Below, piece by piece: positions 26,622 through 38,592 of a DNA stretch of 64,000 bases. A program made the translations under genes and the position numbers. The stretch comes from Octopus sinensis (taxonomy: Eukaryota), in NCBI RefSeq assembly GCF_006345805.1, contig NW_021834249.1:13146-77145 (forward strand), given 5' to 3'. The notes beneath the pieces are model-generated. The model was not told the DNA's origin. It did no database searches and worked only from the letters and a program-made list of their open reading frames with translations. Each line of letters starts with the position of its first letter. Within the stretch, counting starts at the first letter, position 1.

Positions 26622-27087
26622 GTATACTTTGTAAAGTGGTTGGCGTCAGGAAGGGCACCTAGCCAGAGAAACTATGCAAAAGCAGACATTGGAACATGAT
26701 GCAGTTCTTTGACTTAGCACATCCTCTCAGACACTCCAACTTTGTAAAAGATATTTAAAAAAAATTTTTTTTTAATATTTTTCTTTGTCTTTTTTTCATT
26801 TTTCTTTTTTTCAGTTTGTCAGTTCTCCATGGGTTTTCTCTTCATTCTGCCATTTCTTGCCCTTAGCCTTTGGTTTCCCCCCATCGTTAAAGGGCTAAAC
26901 CCAACCCCTCCGGGTATCACCTTCTCCATCTACCTGTTCATTTTTTTCCTCCTAGCTCAGCTTTACTTCTCTTAGCATAGCCTCCCCCCCACCCCACCCC
27001 GCCCATCTCACTATCCTACTACAGCATCACCCTGTTATCTCTCTGTACTAGACTGCAACTTTGATCAACATGTAAGCCAGATATTAG

Positions 27088-27194
27088 ATGATGATGATGA
27101 TGATGATGATGACAATGATGATGACGATGATGACGATGATGATGATGATGATGATGATGATGACGACGATGATGATGATGATGATGATGACAAC

Positions 27195-27226
<32 letters not shown>

Positions 27227-27500
27227 CGATGACGATGATGATGATGATGATGATGATGACGATGACATTGATGACGATGATGATGACGATGATGATGATG
27301 ATGATGATGATGATGACGATGATGACGACGATGATGACGATGATGATGATGACGATGATGATGATGACGATGATGATGACGATGATGACGATGATGACGA
27401 TGACGATGATGACGATGATGATGATGACGATGATGACGACAATGATGATGATGATGATGATGATGATGACGACGATGATGACGACGATGATGATGATGAG
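27088..27500. repeat. (GAT/GAC)n microsatellite
   Basis: Direct reading. Confidence 0.95.
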
Positions 27501-27910
27501 TATTGGGATAATGATGACAAAGATGGTGATGATGATAGTGATGACTATCAGCTTCTTTAATTTATTTTGTATTTTATTTCAAATTGTCTCTACTCCTTCT
27601 TAGGTTTTAAGTTTTCATTCTTTTTGAACATGTAGCAAAATTCTCTGTATGTATTTTACTATATACACTCTTTTCTTTTTATACTGTTACATAATAGTAA
27701 TAGTCTTATATATATTGTATACATACATGTATATAATATATATTCTTATATATATATATATATATCTATCATATATATATATAAGTATATATAGCTATAT
27801 GTATACATATGTACGTAAATATGTAAGTGTCCTTCTATCTATCAATCTCTCTCTCTTCTATATATTATAAATATATATTATATCCATATTATAATATATA
27901 ATAATTTATT

Positions 27911-27945
<35 letters not shown>

Positions 27946-29335
27946 CTGCAGATGACATGCATATATATAATAGTATTTTATATATATCTTATTTTCTCAT
28001 CTCAGATATTTTTCTTTCACTGCACTTAACATGTTTAAAAACTTCTTCATTCTTACATTTTACAACAAAAAATCTTTGTATATGTTACACCAAACTTTAT
28101 TATATTAATTTCTCTTATGTCCTAAGATAATATTTTGTACTATACTTTATGTTTTTATGCAAATTTTTTTTTTTTCAAAATTTTCATTTGGTTCTTAAAT
28201 TTTTTTTAACATAATTCTTTTTTTAAAAAAAAATTTTTGATGTATCAACATATTTTTGTATCGATTGTATTTCTCATGTGAAAGAAGTCCTGCGTGTATT
28301 GCCGGGTATGCAATGCACTTTATATCTTATTATCTTGAGCTATTCTATAAATTTTCATTATTATTATTATTATTATTATTGCTTAAGACAGTAATTTCAC
28401 TGGAAATATTATCATCATTATTGTTGTTATTATATCACATTGAAATTTTATTCTTTAAATTTCCTGTGCTTTTATTATTTTTAAATTTAATTTCTACTCT
28501 TATATATTTCATTTTTCAAAAAAATTCTTCCTATAATGTTTTTCATATTTTAAAAAAAGTTTGTTTTATTCTTGTAACATATCGATAAGGTCCCTTCATT
28601 GTTTTTAGTTGCTATGGAAATTTGAGGAATTTTGACAGGAAAAATTAAGTGAATTGTCTTGACATACAGCAATGGAATCTTGATAGATTTCTTATATTTT
28701 TTTTATTAAATTTTTCAGTTTCCTCATATCTGTCTTTATTATTTATGGCATAAAAGAATTATCCAAGAGAAGATACTAAGTTTTGCAATACCACTTCCAA
28801 AGTATTTCATTTAAAAAATTTATTTTGCAAACATTTTTATGTGAAACCAAGTTCCGAAAATGTTAGTGTTTATTTGGGAAGGGTCATATTGTCATTCAAC
28901 ACACACACAGTCTGTAGTTCACTTCAGCTTTAGCTTTATTTTTAACTCATTTACCATAAATTTTTTCCTCACTCTGCAGTAGTCTATTGTGAACATTGGA
29001 GTCTTGCTAAAATATAATTTTTACACAGAACTGAAATTTAGTGAAAAAGTGATAAATCAAAAAGCATGTACGTGGTCATTTAAATACCTAGAAACAGCAG
29101 TCAAATTACCCACATATTACATCCTGCTGTTTCAGCAACAACAACTGAAGAAAGAAAACAGCAAAGAACATTTGGGATAATGTCGTTGATGTACAATAGT
29201 TGAAAACTGAGGATGGTATGGTCATGGTTGGAACGTCTTTAATTACAGATATTCCATAATCTGGAATGGACTGGGCACCAAATAAGCTGTATAACAGCAA
29301 CATACAGTCTACTGTGTGTAGCATACAGTATAGAG

Positions 29336-29536
29336 CAGTGCATTTCAGCTTTTTTGCTGGAGCGGAACCCCAAGGAAACATTCCACTGGCTTGAGGAACC
29401 CCTGTGCAATAATTTAATAGTCTTATGCACAAATATCTGCACAGGAGAATTAAAAATTACTGCTGATTTTAGCAGTTTTGTAACTTCTTGTGGAACCCCT
29501 GGACTGTACTGGCGGAACCCTGGTGGAAAACCACTG
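29336..29536. mobile_element. hAT-type MITE (~200 bp)
   Basis: Ends CAGTG...CCACTG, subterminal GGAACCC repeats, degenerate 8-bp TSD gtatagag (29328-29335) and gtaaagaa (29537-29544). Confidence 0.7.
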
Positions 29537-29649
29537 GTAAAGAATATGTACAATACAACAGCTATACACATTGCACCAGTATACAGTGCACCATACAGCA
29601 TCAATATAGAGTACAGAAATTATAATATAAAACTGCTGGCTTTTTTTCA

Positions 29650-29830
29650 AATTTTGACAGAAGGCCAGCAGTTTGGAAGAAGTGGGGAAGTCAATTACAT
29701 GGACCCCAGTGCACAACTGGTACTTACTTTTTTGACCTCGGAATAATAAAAAGCAAAGTCAACTTCATTGGAATTTGAACTCAGAACGTAAAGACCAATG
29801 AAATGCCAGTAAGCCTGCTAATTAGTCTGC
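29650..29830 (-). mobile_element. Family D (D2-type) SINE fragment
   Basis: gaatttgaactcagaacgtaaag and ccagtgcacaactggtactta motifs. Confidence 0.65.
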
Positions 29831-30179
29831 CATCTCATCGTACAGAATGTATAATATAACAGTCCCTGATATGCAGCTTCCACCATCTTTCTTCATCCAT
29901 GGTATCTGCTCTCAGAGATGCCATGCAATGTCTTCCAACAGGAAATCCTAATTGTAATGTTTCGTCCCTTGACTGACAGATGTATTTAAAGGGTTAATTT
30001 GCTATTTTCTATGATACTAACCCTTAATTGGATGCATTGATGCCTCAAAATTCCTTTCAAAATGCTTTCCATTTTCATTCAGATATTTTTGTTGTTTTTA
30101 TTATATCATTATTAATGTTGCTGTTGTTGTTGTTGTTGATGATGATGATATTGATGATGATGATGATGATGAGCTTCCA

Positions 30180-30358
30180 GAATCGTTACCCACCACTCAA
30201 AATGCATTCTAGCTCTTTACGCTCTGCCTTCAAATTCTGCTTAGGTCAATTTTGCCTTTCAATCTTTCAGGGTTGATGAAATAAGTACCAGTTAAATACT
30301 GGGGTCAACGTAACAAATTAGCCACAAAATTTCAGGTCTTGTACTTATAATAGAAAGG

Positions 30359-30392
<34 letters not shown>

Positions 30393-30395
30393 CCA
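30180..30395 (+). mobile_element. Family D (D2-type) SINE, diverged, with (CAT)n tail
   Basis: ttgcctttcaatctttcagggttgatgaaataagtaccag...tagaaaggatcatcatc. Confidence 0.7.
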
Positions 30396-30435
30396 CCACC
30401 AATAGAGAAAGAGCCAGTTTCTAACCTACATTTAA

Positions 30436-30655
30436 CCCTTTCGTTACTGTAATTATTTTGAGATGCTCTGTGTTTCTTTCAATTACTTTAAATATAACAA
30501 TGAATTTAGTAAAATAACTTCGTTATCATTAAGCTAGTGTTAGGAACATGAATTGTGCCTAAGGTTTGGTGGAAGATTTTAATTCAAAACTTATGAAAAC
30601 AAGACATTTGTACTCAGAGCCAGAGCCGGTTTCAGCCGGGTTGGTAACGAAAGGG
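30436..30655. mobile_element. piggyBac-like MITE, second copy, nested in an RLE-LINE 3' end fragment (30400-30690)
   Basis: TTAA at 30432-30435 and 30656-30659; perfect 12-bp TIRs CCCTTTCGTTAC/GTAACGAAAGGG; flanks rejoin to match 33285-33330. Confidence 0.9.
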
Positions 30656-32599
30656 TTAAGGCTCCTTCATTGGAATTTCAACATCAACAACATCGTCCAA
30701 TCTATGGATTGGACGATGTGTTGTGTTACTGATCAAAATCATTTCACTTTGCTCCACTACACTCAACCAACAGAAATGAGTAAATCCTGCAATGGACTGG
30801 TTTCCTGACCAGGGGTGAAGAGATATGCAGCACCACAGAATCCAGGAAACTGGCCTTAAGAGAGCCAATGGTTTGGGAAGGACCTTCGCTCCAGTTAAGG
30901 GTTGGCAACAGGAAGGGCATCCAGCTGATGAAAATCTGCCTCAGTAAACTCCATCCTACCCATGCAAGCCTAGAAAAGTGGACATTAAATGATGATGAAT
31001 GATGAATGATGAGTCTTCTTTGCTTAAGACAGAAGGGAGTTGTTTGAAGGAGATTTAGCTGATATTTCTAGCTGGAAGAGTGACTACCACAGCAACTCCC
31101 TCCTTGGCTGAAAGAGGGTAGGGGCAAATGTCGAAAGTGGAAGTGGTGAGTGGTAATGATGCGAAGTCAAGATGAGTGAGTGATAGAAAAATGAGTGATG
31201 AGTGATCATGATTGAAATATCTTGAAGAAACCTTCAAGACATACAGCCGGAGACACAGGCAAGAAAAACCAAAGAAAAAAACAAAAGACAAAAAAAGTGT
31301 TAATGGTGGTGGTGGTGGTGGTGGTGGAGGAGGAGGAGGAGGAGGAGGAGGAGGAAGAGGAGGAGGAAGAGGAGATGCAGCGTGACAAGTGTAGTAAAAC
31401 AATTGTGGTGGTGGTGGTGGTGGTGGTGGTGGTGGTGGGCTGGCAGGAGGGGTGTGGCACTGATCGGTGGTGCTGCAGGGTGTGGGCACAATCTAGGGGT
31501 AAGAAAGGGATGAAATGAAGTAGAAGGCGGGGGTGTGGTGCAGGTGTTGGTAATCAGGGGTGTCACACTCTCGCAGCCAACCCGACCAATCATAGATCAT
31601 GTCGACATTTTCATCCCATTTAGCTGTCAAACTTAGATGTGGAATCCAGGAAAAATAGGTGCAGGGGTCTGTGGGTGGGGGGTAGGTTGATAGGTAGGTA
31701 AGTAGGGTAGATGGGTGGATAGATATATGTAGGGAGGGAGTTGGATGGGCATAGGGTGCTAAAAATGAAGGGAATAGTAGTGGTGGTGGTGGTGGTGGTG
31801 CGATGATGTGGGAGGGGCTGTTGTTGATAGTCTTGTTGGTGGTGGTGGTGGTGGTGGTGATGGTGGTTGTGTTTATATGGTGCGGGGGGGATGGGATGGA
31901 GGTGGTGGCAGCAGCAGTGGTAGAGGAACAGATTTCTAAGGAACAGGAATAACTCTATGTTGCAAGCCACTACTCTCTCTCTCTCTCTCTCTTTCACTCA
32001 CTCTCTTACCCTCACTCTCTCTCTCTCACTCTTTCTCTCTCTCTCTTTCACTCTCTCTCTTTCCCTCACTCTCTCTCTTTCCCTCACTCTCTCTCTCTCT
32101 GTCTCTCTCACTCTCTCCCCTCTCTCTTTCTCTCTAGTGTCTCTTTCTCTGACTGTTTCCATTGACCAACTTTCTCTTTAAATTCTTTTTCCCCTCATTA
32201 CCTTTTTCTTTCTTCCATTCTTTCTTTCTTCTTCTGGCTCATCCTTCCTCGCCATCACCACCATGATCATCACTACTACTACAAACATCATGAAGAAGAT
32301 GATGATGATGATGATGTTGGTCATCATCATTGTCACAACTAAGATCACCACCACTGCCACTACCACCACAGTGCTACCAGCACTCTCCTTCTCACTTTCC
32401 TCCTTACCATTCCTGTACCATCCTCCACCACCTTACCATTCCTCTAGTTTCTACTGCAGTCATCCTTACACTCTCAGACTCCACAAGTAAAACGAAGAAC
32501 TAACAACATTTTATCTCAATTCGGTCTTCATTTATTTTAGCTTCTTTTGGGAAAAGGTTTTAGCAGCAAATCTGGTGAATCTAGTTTTTGTTAGTTTAC

Positions 32600-32606
32600 A
32601 TGTAAA

Positions 32607-32666
<60 letters not shown>

Positions 32667-33230
32667 AACACACACACATACACACACACACATGCATGTA
32701 TATACATACATATACAAACACACACACATACACACACACACATGCATGTATATACATACACACACAAACACACACACATACACACACACACATGCATGTA
32801 TATACATACATATACAAACACACACACATACACACACACACATGCATGTATATACATACATATACAAACACACACACACACACCACACACACACATACAC
32901 ACACAAAACACACCACACAGACACACACACATGCATGTATATCATACATATACAAAAACACACCACACACACACACACATACACACACAAACACCACCAC
33001 ATACACACACACACATGCATGTATATACATACATATACAAACACACCACACACACACACACACACATACACACACAAACACACACATACACACACACACA
33101 TGCATGTATATACATACATATACAAACACACACACACACACACACACACATACACACACAAACACACACACATACACACACACACATGCATGTATATACA
33201 TACATATACAAACACACACATATACACATA
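32600..33230. repeat. CA/TA compound minisatellite anchored by catgcatgtatatacatac (~40-60-bp period)
   Basis: Direct reading, about 10 anchors. Confidence 0.9.
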
Positions 33231-33239
33231 TATATGTAT

Positions 33240-33800
33240 CTCTTGTTCAGTTTTATTTCAAGATTTCTAGCCAATAATGAAAGAACCGGTTTCTAACCTA
33301 GATCCAAGGCTCCTTCATTGGAATTTCAACATAAATAGGATTTTTTTGTATGTATGTATGTAGACATGCAGATTTTGCAGATTTGTATGTTTTATGTACA
33401 TCTTCTCATGCATATACTTGCATATCTTAGACATGCTCATATATACTTAAATGATAAACTTCTGGAAAGTTTTACAGATTTTTGCAGTTCCAGTGATAGC
33501 TTGGATCCATAATCTTCAAATCAGCTTTGAGAAGCCACTAGTTTCTCAAAATTGGTACTTAGGCAGTGTGTTATATATCCCAGCACCCCAATAATTACAG
33601 GTATAAACCTGAACTTGTAATCAGGATAGAGTAACTGCAGATTTCTCAATAGTTCAGCATAGGTGTTCTCTTTTTCACTGATCTTTAGCTTTATGTTAAC
33701 ATCTACTAGGCAGCTGATTTCCACAACTATACACAGTTTCTCTTCTCTATCCCAAATTATTATATCAGGCCTAGCATGCTTAAATTTTATTGAGGTTTCC
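33240..33800 (-). mobile_element. Non-LTR retrotransposon 3' end with restriction-like endonuclease (R4/Dong, NeSL or CRE type)
   Basis: ORF 33521-33802: HARPDIIIWDREEKLCIVVEISC.VD.NI..K..EK...Y..L...IPVIIGVLG (RLE PD..D motif), then GTAKICKTF and a 3' UTR. Confidence 0.85.
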
Positions 33801-34458
33801 ACTAGGACATTCCATATGTGTATGTATATACTTAATTATATAAGCTGCAAAATATTCACAGAGCCGTTATTTAATTGGTTAATTTTTCAGAAACTTAAAT
33901 ATTTGGCAATAGGTGGATGTTTAAATTAATAGAAAGATAGAATGGATTGGAAAAAACCTTACCTTGGATTTGAACTGAACTAGCTGTGATGGGTTGGAAT
34001 TACAAAATAAATAATTTGCTAATTAGTAATGGGATTGGAAGAATAGGATGATGGGTATTGAAAGAGTGAAATAAATTAAATTGAAAGTTATATTATGCAT
34101 TTATAAATATACACACAAAGTGTTATGTTATGCATGTATAACTACACACACACATAGCATTATACACGAATGTGCATAAACTCATCCACAACCATATATA
34201 CATATGCAAAAGGGACAGTAAAACATAATTAAAGTCATATAAATGCATTCGTAGTTATATATACATACACAGCTATATGAGCATATATACACCCATCCAC
34301 AAAACGAAATATTATACTTAAGAAACTACGTAAATATATATATTCACAAATATGTGTAGGTATATGTATATACATACACACACAAAATGCTGATAACATA
34401 TGCACACATAACCGCCTGTATATATATATATATTTATTTGTGTGTGTGTGTGTATATA

Positions 34459-35122
34459 TATAGTAGAGGAAATAGCTAAAATTTTTTGGCTGCTATTTCT
34501 AAAAGTTCGGTGTGTGGTAAAGTAAATTTTTTTTTTACTGAACCCTAATTATATAACGTAATATTTTAAATATACCGTAAATGGTCTTTTTACATACTGA
34601 ACACTACTTGGTAAAATTATTAATTAATAATTAATTAATTTTACCCTTTTATTATTGACTATATAATTCTCTCTCCCTGATAATAAACTACAGATCCCTC
34701 TGTAGGGACTTGTTGCTCTATAACTCACGTGGGTGGACGAGGGAGCATACAAAGCCTCATTCGTACTTTTTGAATTTGTTAGTACTAGCGGTTGAAGATG
34801 GTTTGTCTGGGATTACTCATATCAGACGGGTATGTTCGATTTTTAGTGCTCCCAAATTCAAACCTAAAGAAATCTTGGGCTGATGACGGAAATGTTGATC
34901 TCTTTATCCAACTAATCCAGAAACAGCCGTTCTCAAGTAATCTTAGGTACGTGTGATCTTTCGTTATTTTTCCCTCTATACCTGCGGGAATTATTTTTGA
35001 GTATACATTGTCTGGAAGACTTTTCTTATAGTAGAGGAAATAGCTAAAATTTTTTGGCTGCTATTTCTAAAAGTTCGGTGTGTGGTAAAGTAAATTATTT
35101 TACTGAACCCTAATTATATAAC
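34459..35122 (+). mobile_element. 568-bp non-coding unit with ~96-bp terminal direct repeat and internal hammerhead (Penelope pLTR- or retrozyme-like)
   Basis: Direct repeats at 34459-34557 and 35027-35122 (tatagtagaggaaatagc...ccctaattatataac), (TA)n on both flanks, HHR at 34862-34948. Confidence 0.7.
34862..34948 (+). ncRNA. Type I hammerhead ribozyme motif with extended stem I
   Basis: CTTGGG-CTGATGA-c-GGA...TCC-a-GAAA-C(AGCC)G-T-T-CTCAAG. Stem I 6 bp, 3x3 internal loop, then ACCTAAAGA/TCTTAGGT. Predicted cleavage 3' of 34931. Confidence 0.7.
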
Positions 35123-35140
35123 ATTATATATATATATATA

Positions 35141-35318
35141 TAACTTATAAAATAAGGGCAAAAGAAAAATTCTAATGCCAAATATGCCGACAAAAAGACA
35201 AAATTGTCAATAACCATTATAATTTATGCACATAAATTATAATGGTTATTGACAATTTTGTCTTTTTTTCGGGATATTTGGCATTAGAATTTTTCTTTTG
35301 CCCTTATTTTATAAGTTA
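35141..35318. repeat. 178-bp near-perfect palindrome (88-bp arms, 2-nt centre)
   Basis: taacttataaaataagggc...aatttatg|ca|cataaatt...gcccttattttataagtta; two mismatches seen. Confidence 0.95.
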
Positions 35319-35419
35319 TTTATAAATTTAACCTTTAAAGGTATTTTTTGATATGCTGGCCATTGATAAAAATTTTTTTAGAAAATAATTTTATCCTACA
35401 TTAGTTATATATATATATA

Positions 35420-35850
35420 TATATCGGCAGCGGCATTAACTCATGTCTGAGTGATTAATTCTCAGTGAGTGTTTGAGCATCTTCATCCTGATGGGTGCAA
35501 AGGATGCCAGTATCTGAGGTGGCTGTTTAGGTCAACGGAAGTATAGAAGAAATTGGGGGCATTCATCACAGAGGTCGGCAGGTGACAAAGAAGTGCAAGA
35601 CGCTCCTTGAATGTTTGATGTCTGATTTCTGCCTCTTGGTGTTTGTTATTTTCCATCAGATCTGTTCCCTTGGCAATAATATGCTTCCACTTTGGACAAT
35701 CGTTGGCCATTGTCTGCCAGGTATTTGGGTCAATGGAGCAGTGGAGGAAAGTAGCCTTGAGCTGGTCCTTGAAACGGAATTTGGGGGTTCTGTGTGACCT
35801 ACTGCCTGAGTCCAACTCCATGAAACAGAGTTGACAGCAGAGGCACATTT
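35420..35850 (-). mobile_element. RTE-clade LINE C-terminal fragment
   Basis: ORF 35483-35848: ELDSGSRSHRTPKFRFKDQLK...IDPNTWQTMANDCPKW resembles the RTE G.R..G....R.KD.LK...W...A.DR..W motif. Confidence 0.8.
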
Positions 35851-35854
35851 GAGG

Positions 35855-35893
<39 letters not shown>

Positions 35894-35949
35894 GGTAAAA
35901 ATGGTAAGATAACAAAAGAAAGAAAGAGACCTCAATATTATGTAAATAG

Positions 35950-36184
35950 AGGAATTTATCTGTAAAATAATATGTGACAATTATTCAGTAGCCAAGATAA
36001 AACTCTGAGTTTCGGATGCCGAGGTGGAAATCCACACCACCATCTCTTCAGTTATCTGGCCATCTGAAAAACGCTATCAGATAACTGAAGAGATGGTGGT
36101 GTGGATTTCCACCTTGGCATCCGAAACTCAGCTTTATCTTGGCTACTGAATAATTGTCACATGTTATTTTACAGATAAATTCCT
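35950..36184. repeat. 235-bp fold-back: 109/107-bp inverted arms around a 19-bp spacer, made from the family X HHR element
   Basis: Arms 35950-36058 and 36078-36184; the element extends left to about 35891, next to (TA)n. Confidence 0.95.
35991..36060 (-). ncRNA. Type I hammerhead-like motif, family X copy 2
   Basis: GCCAGATAA-CTGAAGA-GATG[gtGGTG tggatttc CACCtcgg]CATC-c-GAAA-CT(CAG)AG-T-T-TTATCTtGGC. Predicted cleavage between 36001 and 36000. The mirror copy on + (36078-36143) has lost the cleavage triplet. Confidence 0.65.
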
Positions 36185-36362
36185 ATATACATATATATAT
36201 ATAGCACTTCATTTTAGAGGTTCCAAGGAAGCTATAAGATGATGCACAACCAACCACTTACCGTTGGGTGCATTGCATCATATACCAGAAACAGGTGTAC
36301 CCTAATGAAGTTCATTGCATATTTTCTTGTTCCTTTGTCATTTATCATATGTATAAATATAT

Positions 36363-36563
36363 AGTTGTTAACCCAAACAAGAAAGCACAAAAAAACACAA
36401 CAACGCGTGGACATGGAACAAATATAGTATTATTGGACACTCAGGAAAGAAGGAGGGTTTAACGTTTCGAGCAGAGCTCTTCATCGGAAACGTAGGAGAA
36501 GGAAAGATCCAGAGGAGGGAAAACAGAGGAAAAACAATCGCCAACGGTACACACGCGGTCACA
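36363..36563 (-). mobile_element. ~200-bp element carrying a minimal hammerhead-like motif (36457-36491)
   Basis: GTTT-CCGATGA-A-GAGC(TCT)GCTC-GAAA-CG-T-T-AAAC; palindromic AACGTT in place of stem III; U4 is replaced by C. Confidence 0.6.
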
Positions 36564-36623
36564 TTTATATTTACATACTACATATACATGTGTGTGTGTG
36601 TGTGTGTGTGTAAATGCATACAT

Positions 36624-37002
36624 GGAAGCACTCCATCGGTTACGACGACGAGGGTTCCGGTTGATCCGAATCAACGGAACAGCCTGCTCGTGAAATTAAC
36701 GTGTAAGTGGCTGAGCACTCCACAGACACGTGTACCCTTAACGTAGTTCTCGGGGATATTCAGCATGACACAGAGAGTGACAAGGCCAGCCCTTTGAAAT
36801 ACAGGTACAACAGAAACAGGAAGTGAGAGTGAGAGAAAGTTGTGTGAAAGAGTACAGCGGGATCACCACCATCCCCTGCCGGAGCCTCATGGAGCTTTAG
36901 GTGTTTTTGCTCAATAAACACTCACAACGCCGGTCTGGGAATCGAAACCGCGATCCTATGACAGCGAGTCCGCTGCCCTAACCACTGGGCCATTGCGCCT
37001 CC
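36624..37002 (-). mobile_element. Chimeric SINE: family A head and body plus family B 3' module, 13-bp TSD
   Basis: TSD TAAATGCATACAT at 36611-36623 and 37003-37015; about 36830-37002 matches family A, about 36624-36805 matches the 3' part of 13135-13466. Confidence 0.9.
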
Positions 37003-37440
37003 TAAATGCATACATATATACTCATACAATGGACTTAGCCAATATTTTAATCTATGAAATTTCACTCACAAGGCTTAGTGACCGCAAAGATGTAACAGAA
37101 GACACTGGCCCAAAGTGACCTGCAGTGAGATCAGCTCTGAAACGTCACACCTACAAAGTGGCTTCCTTGACCACACAACCAGGCCTACACTTTATGTTAC
37201 TGACTTTGTTTCAAAGTTCACAGGCTGGTGCCATGGTTTCTCTCTACTGTTTGCAGGGATTTAGTGTTCAAGTCAATTGTGTGCTGTATTGTTCAGGGAT
37301 GTAAACTTATTTTTGGTATATTAGCATATTTGTGTACCTGTCTTTCTGCCCCTATCCATTTATGTATGTGTGTGTATATCTGTATGTATAAGATGTAAGT
37401 ATACATATGTATTTACATGTAAATATCATATGTGTGTGTA

Positions 37441-37490
<50 letters not shown>

Positions 37491-37952
37491 CACACACATA
37501 TATATATATATATATATACACATATATACACACACATACACACACACACATATATATATATAGACACACACACACACAACATATATATATATATATGGGA
37601 GAAGTATGTAATGTATGTTTGTATGAAGTATGTTTATTGTTTATATGTGTATATATGTCTGTATATATATATATATATATATACGTGTGTGTGTGTGTAT
37701 GTATATGTGTACATATGCATGTATATATGTAGAAATCTGAGAAGGAGTTTGAATATTTTTCGCTACACCACAACCACCACCACCACCACCACCACCATCA
37801 CAACTACTGCCATTACAAACTTATCCACTGCAGCTCCCACACCAGCACCACAGCAAAAGCGGGGGGGGAGGGAAAAAACAACACAACAAATATCACATCA
37901 ATCCCCACCACCACCACCACCACCACCACCACCACCACCACCACACAACCAC

Positions 37953-38002
<50 letters not shown>

Positions 38003-38543
38003 ATCATCATCATCATCATCATCGATAATAGATTTTGCACATCCCCTCAACACCGCTAAGACCAACATCATCACTACAATGAGCATCATCATCATCATCA
38101 CAAGCAACAACAATAACCACCACACAACTACCACCAAACCACCACCACCACCACCACCACCACCACCACCACTGCCATCATCCACCCCCCCTTACCACTA
38201 CCACCACCACCACCACCACCACCACCACCACCTATACTCCAGTAGTTTGTCACTGTCAGCCTTACTTTATGCATCCATTTCCTGTTGGCACTAAAAGTGG
38301 TTATCAACACCAGCACTACCACCGTTGTCATCACATTCATCATCATCATCGTCATCATCATCATCGCCAGCATCATCATCATCATCATCATCATCAGCAT
38401 CATCATCATCATCAGCAGCAGCATCATTAACACTGAGATATGTAAATGGATAAACAAGCAAGGAGACAGGCAGAGAAGACGCAAACAGATGAGCGGATAG
38501 ATAGAGAGAGAGAGAGAGAAAGAGAGAGACTGATAGATGGATG

Positions 38544-38592
<49 letters not shown>

